A DNA stretch of 36,365 nt, taken from NCBI GenBank assembly GCA_012719315.1, contig JAAYAP010000043.1, forward strand, positions 1-36,365. The letters are read 5' to 3'. Of the stretch, positions 33,892-36,365 are shown piece after piece; within the stretch, counting starts at the first letter, position 1; every line of letters begins with the position of its first letter. Source of the DNA: Methanobacteriota archaeon. GTDB lineage: Archaea > Thermoplasmatota > Thermoplasmata > Methanomassiliicoccales > Methanomethylophilaceae. The translations under genes were made by a program, and so were the position numbers. The notes beneath the pieces were generated by a model that worked only from the letters and a program-made list of their open reading frames with translations, was not told the DNA's origin and searched no databases.

Positions 33892-34806
33892 ATGGCAAAG
33901 AAGAATCTGATATCCGTCCTGGATATGAAGGATGAGTGGCCGGATCTGGTGGAGCTCTCGGTCAAGCTGAAGGCCGAGCGCGGCAACCACGGCGCGCCGC
34001 TCAAGGGCAAGACCCTGGCGATGATGTTCGAGAAACCCAGCACCCGGACGCGCATCTCCTTCGACGTGGCGATGACCGAGCTGGGCGGGCATGCGCTCTA
34101 CATCGACATCCCCAGCATGCAGATGGGCCACGGGGAGACGGTCGAGGACACGGCCAAGGTGATGAGCCGGTTCGTGCACGCGATCATGTACCGCGCCTTC
34201 GACTACAAGATCATGGACAAGGTGGGGGACAGCGCCACCATACCGGTGATCAGCGGGCTCGACAACCTCGAGCATCCCTGCCAGGCCCTGGCCGACATGC
34301 TCACGGTCAAGGAGAAGAAGGGCTCGTTCCGCGGCAGGAAGCTGGTCTACCTCGGCGACGGCAACAACGTCTGCAACTCGCTGCTGTACGCGTCGGCCAT
34401 CGTCGGTCTGGACATGGTCGCCTGCTGCCCCGCGACGCGGATGCCCAACGCGGAGATCATGCTCAACGCTTCGCGCATCGCCGATGCCAACGGCAGCAGC
34501 ATCAGCGCCTCGCACAACCCCCTCGAGGCCTGCAAGGACGCCGACATACTGTACACGGACACCTGGGTGTCGATGGGCGACGAGACCCCGGTCGAGAAGG
34601 CGGTCAAGATCTTCCAGATGTATCAGATAAACGATGACCTGCTCGCGTTGGCGAAGCCGGACTGCATCGTCATGCACTGCCTGCCCGCCCACAGGGGGCA
34701 GGAGATCACCGCCGAGGTCATGGACGGGCCTCAGAGCGTCGTCTTCGACCAGGCGGAGAACCGGCTGCACGCGCAGAAGGCGGTGCTCTACACCCTGCTC
34801 AGATGA
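33892..34806 (+). CDS. argF: Ornithine carbamoyltransferase
   Basis: 'FEKPSTRTRISF', 'LEHPCQALAD', 'DTWVSMG', and 'HCLPAHRGQE' (HCLP is the OTC type rather than the ATCase type). ATG 33892 lies about 27 nt after TATATTTA. The track start at 33856 precedes that TATA box. Confidence 0.9.
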   Translation: MAKKNLISVLDMKDEWPDLVELSVKLKAERGNHGAPLKGKTLAMMFEKPSTRTRISFDVAMTELGGHALYIDIPSMQMGHGETVEDTAKVMSRFVHAIMYRAFDYKIMDKVGDSATIPVISGLDNLEHPCQALADMLTVKEKKGSFRGRKLVYLGDGNNVCNSLLYASAIVGLDMVACCPATRMPNAEIMLNASRIADANGSSISASHNPLEACKDADILYTDTWVSMGDETPVEKAVKIFQMYQINDDLLALAKPDCIVMHCLPAHRGQEITAEVMDGPQSVVFDQAENRLHAQKAVLYTLLR

Positions 34807-36226
34807 ATTGAATCGAGACCAGGTCCTCGACGATCTCCAGGAAATCCTCTTCCATGCCGAGGGGTATGGTGGCGCCGGCGGCCACGCGGTGGCCGCCTCC
34901 GTAACCCCCGACCAGCTCGGCCGCCTTCTTCATGACGAAGGAGAGGTCGAGCCCGCGGTCGGCGAGCGCGTACGTGGCCCTGGCGGAGACCTTGATCCCC
35001 TCGTCGGATTCGGCGAAGGCGATCAGCGGCAGTTCGCGCCGGGCGTTCCCGGAGTTGACCAGCATGCCGGCGACGATGCCGACGATGGTCTCGCGGATCT
35101 CGGGCCCGGAATCGAAGTACTGGATGAACCGGCGTTCGCGGATGAGCCGGTTGTCCCTGACGTAGGCGAGCGCGGCCGAGATGTTGCGCCGATGGTTCTC
35201 GCGATTCCGTTCGGCGTCCTCCAGGGCGGTGAGGTCGCCTTTGCAGATCCTCAGGCCGGTGGCGGCATCGTCGTACCTGCCGCACGAGTTGAGGATGGTG
35301 GAATACTCCTTGGCGTCCCTGAGCCCGCTGCCGCGCCCGTACCTGGGTATGGTGTAGACCTCGCCGAACATGGCGGGGCCGGCCGCCGTCTCCTCGGCCC
35401 GGTAGAGCAACTCAGCGGTCGCTCTGGATTTCTCGTCGACCTCGAGGTCGTTCCACACCCGCCATGCTTTGCCGTCCCTCAGGGGTATGTCCAGGTCCCC
35501 GAAGAACCTGACGCAGCCCTCGCGGTCGCCGGAGAGCCCCGGCATCGACGGGTCGCCGCAGTACTGGAGCAGCTGCACCAGCGGGCGCGTCTCCCGGCCG
35601 AACAGCCGGATGTCGTCCTCGATGATCACATCGCCGGCGGCGACCGCATCCCCGAGCACGAGGCGGTTGCACCCGCTCAGGCCGGTGCCCCGGCTGTCCT
35701 GGAAATCGCCCACCGCGCCGATCACGCCCAGGTAGGCGAGGTCGCGGTTGGCGGGGTCGATCGTCTTCGACAGCAGGTACGCCATGCCGGCGCCGCAGAT
35801 CTCGCTGGTGCCGTCGATCCCGTAATTATGCGGGTTCAGATGGTGGATGGCGGTGAAATCGTCGATGCGGGTCTGATTGACCCGGAAGCCGGTGTCGGGG
35901 ACGTGATGGTCGGTGATTATGATGCCGGGCCGCTCGAACCGGGAGAGGTAGCCGCTGCCCAGGTCGGTCAGCCAGACGAGGTCGGCGGTCCCGTTGTTGA
36001 TGCGCTCCACGGCCGCGTCGGTGATCTGCTTCTCGAAAGTCACGGTGTGCGGGATGCCGAGCCTCTCCAGCGTCGTCGATGCCACCGCGCCCGCGGTGAT
36101 GCCGTCGGCGTCTATGTGGGTTATCACCTCCGCGTCGCCCGCCGAACGCACGGCCGCCGCAGCCTTCGCCAGGTCGGCTTCGAACCTCCTCTCGGCCTCG
36201 GCCGACATCATCGTCCCTCCGTTCAC
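34799..36226 (-). CDS. recJ: DHH-family RecJ-like nuclease (archaeal RecJ/GAN/Cdc45 homologue)
   Basis: 'THIDADGITAG', 'IIITDHHVPD', and the DHHA1 motif 'GGYGGGHRVAAGA'. Start is GTG 36226, or ATG 36211 or 36208. The 3' end overlaps argF by 8 nt. Confidence 0.82.
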   Translation of the reverse strand: MNGGTMMSAEAERRFEADLAKAAAAVRSAGDAEVITHIDADGITAGAVASTTLERLGIPHTVTFEKQITDAAVERINNGTADLVWLTDLGSGYLSRFERPGIIITDHHVPDTGFRVNQTRIDDFTAIHHLNPHNYGIDGTSEICGAGMAYLLSKTIDPANRDLAYLGVIGAVGDFQDSRGTGLSGCNRLVLGDAVAAGDVIIEDDIRLFGRETRPLVQLLQYCGDPSMPGLSGDREGCVRFFGDLDIPLRDGKAWRVWNDLEVDEKSRATAELLYRAEETAAGPAMFGEVYTIPRYGRGSGLRDAKEYSTILNSCGRYDDAATGLRICKGDLTALEDAERNRENHRRNISAALAYVRDNRLIRERRFIQYFDSGPEIRETIVGIVAGMLVNSGNARRELPLIAFAESDEGIKVSARATYALADRGLDLSFVMKKAAELVGGYGGGHRVAAGATIPLGMEEDFLEIVEDLVSIQFI

Positions 36227-36250
36227 GGCCTCCGGTATGCGGCAGGGGGC

Positions 36251-36260
36251 AAAATACTTT
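36251..36260 (-). promoter_or_regulatory. TATA-like box for recJ-like gene
   Basis: Minus strand AAAGTATTTT, about 29 nt upstream of GTG 36226. Confidence 0.3.
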
Positions 36261-36365
36261 CCCGGAACCGGCCGTTCATACCGCTCCGCCGCGCATCCAC
36301 TCCGGCATGCCGCCGTCCGGCGACGATCCCGCCCGGCCGTCGATCCGCGGGACGACCACCGGCAG

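Noticed and set aside
25629-34770. Antisense or alternative-frame ORFs 25629-26924 (-), 27521-28312 (+), 31416-32483 (+), 31833-33602 (-), 32426-33649 (+), 33730-34770 (-).
   Set aside because: Each is antisense to or out of frame with queC/queE, Mrp, the COG1078 HD gene, RtcB or OTC. Their composition is the GC-artefact type.
1-36365. CRISPR arrays, rRNA genes, IS elements, toxin-antitoxin or defence gene cassettes.
   Set aside because: Every non-coding gap is under 240 nt and I saw no repeat-spacer periodicity. I recognised no transposase, Cas, nuclease-ATPase or small paired toxin/antitoxin ORFs.
36261-36365. Possible partial gene at the right edge. One reading is the minus-strand frame ending at TGA 36276-36278 ('...LPVVVPRIDGRAGSSPDGGMPEWMRGGAV'). 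The other is a plus-strand ATG at 36307.
   Set aside because: Only about 30 codons are visible. There are no motifs and two competing readings, so this is too little sequence to call.

Overview
GC-rich, very tightly packed archaeal chromosomal segment. I call 38 protein genes and 2 tRNAs; I saw no rRNA, CRISPR array, transposase or integrase. Archaeal identity rests on recognisable proteins: PolD large subunit, RNA polymerase subunit D, ribosomal proteins S13/S4/S11/L10e, RNase P Rpp21, Dph2, RtcB, a RecJ/GAN-like DHH nuclease, NOG1 GTPase and the archaeosine precursor genes queD/C/E. Intergenic DNA is short and AT-rich, with TATA-like boxes about 25-35 nt upstream of start codons, so many transcripts look leaderless or short-leadered. 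Eleven same-strand gene pairs have overlapping stop and start codons (ATGA, GTGA or TGATG). Most of the window is ordinary housekeeping DNA and I found no clear defence or mobile system. The points most worth a second look are: (1) a 1353-aa membrane-anchored protein with an embedded lamin-tail domain and otherwise no recognisable motifs. (2) A compact isoprenoid-lipid module: a Tes/GDGT-MAS-like radical SAM gene, a 57-aa 2x[4Fe-4S] ferredoxin missing from the ORF track, geranylgeranyl reductase, and a convergent mevalonate kinase. (3) A PTA/PlsX-fold, MtxX-like protein translationally coupled to queD-queC-queE. (4) No TAG stop codon among the 38 CDS (35 TGA, 3 TAA). (5) Several small uncharacterised proteins in operons with core genes, including a Cys-motif protein, an acidic 175-aa protein and a SepF-like protein in frame behind a PUA protein. 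The many long antisense or out-of-frame ORFs in the track look like GC-content artefacts. A methanogen-related Thermoplasmatota (Methanomassiliicoccales-like) origin is only an inference.
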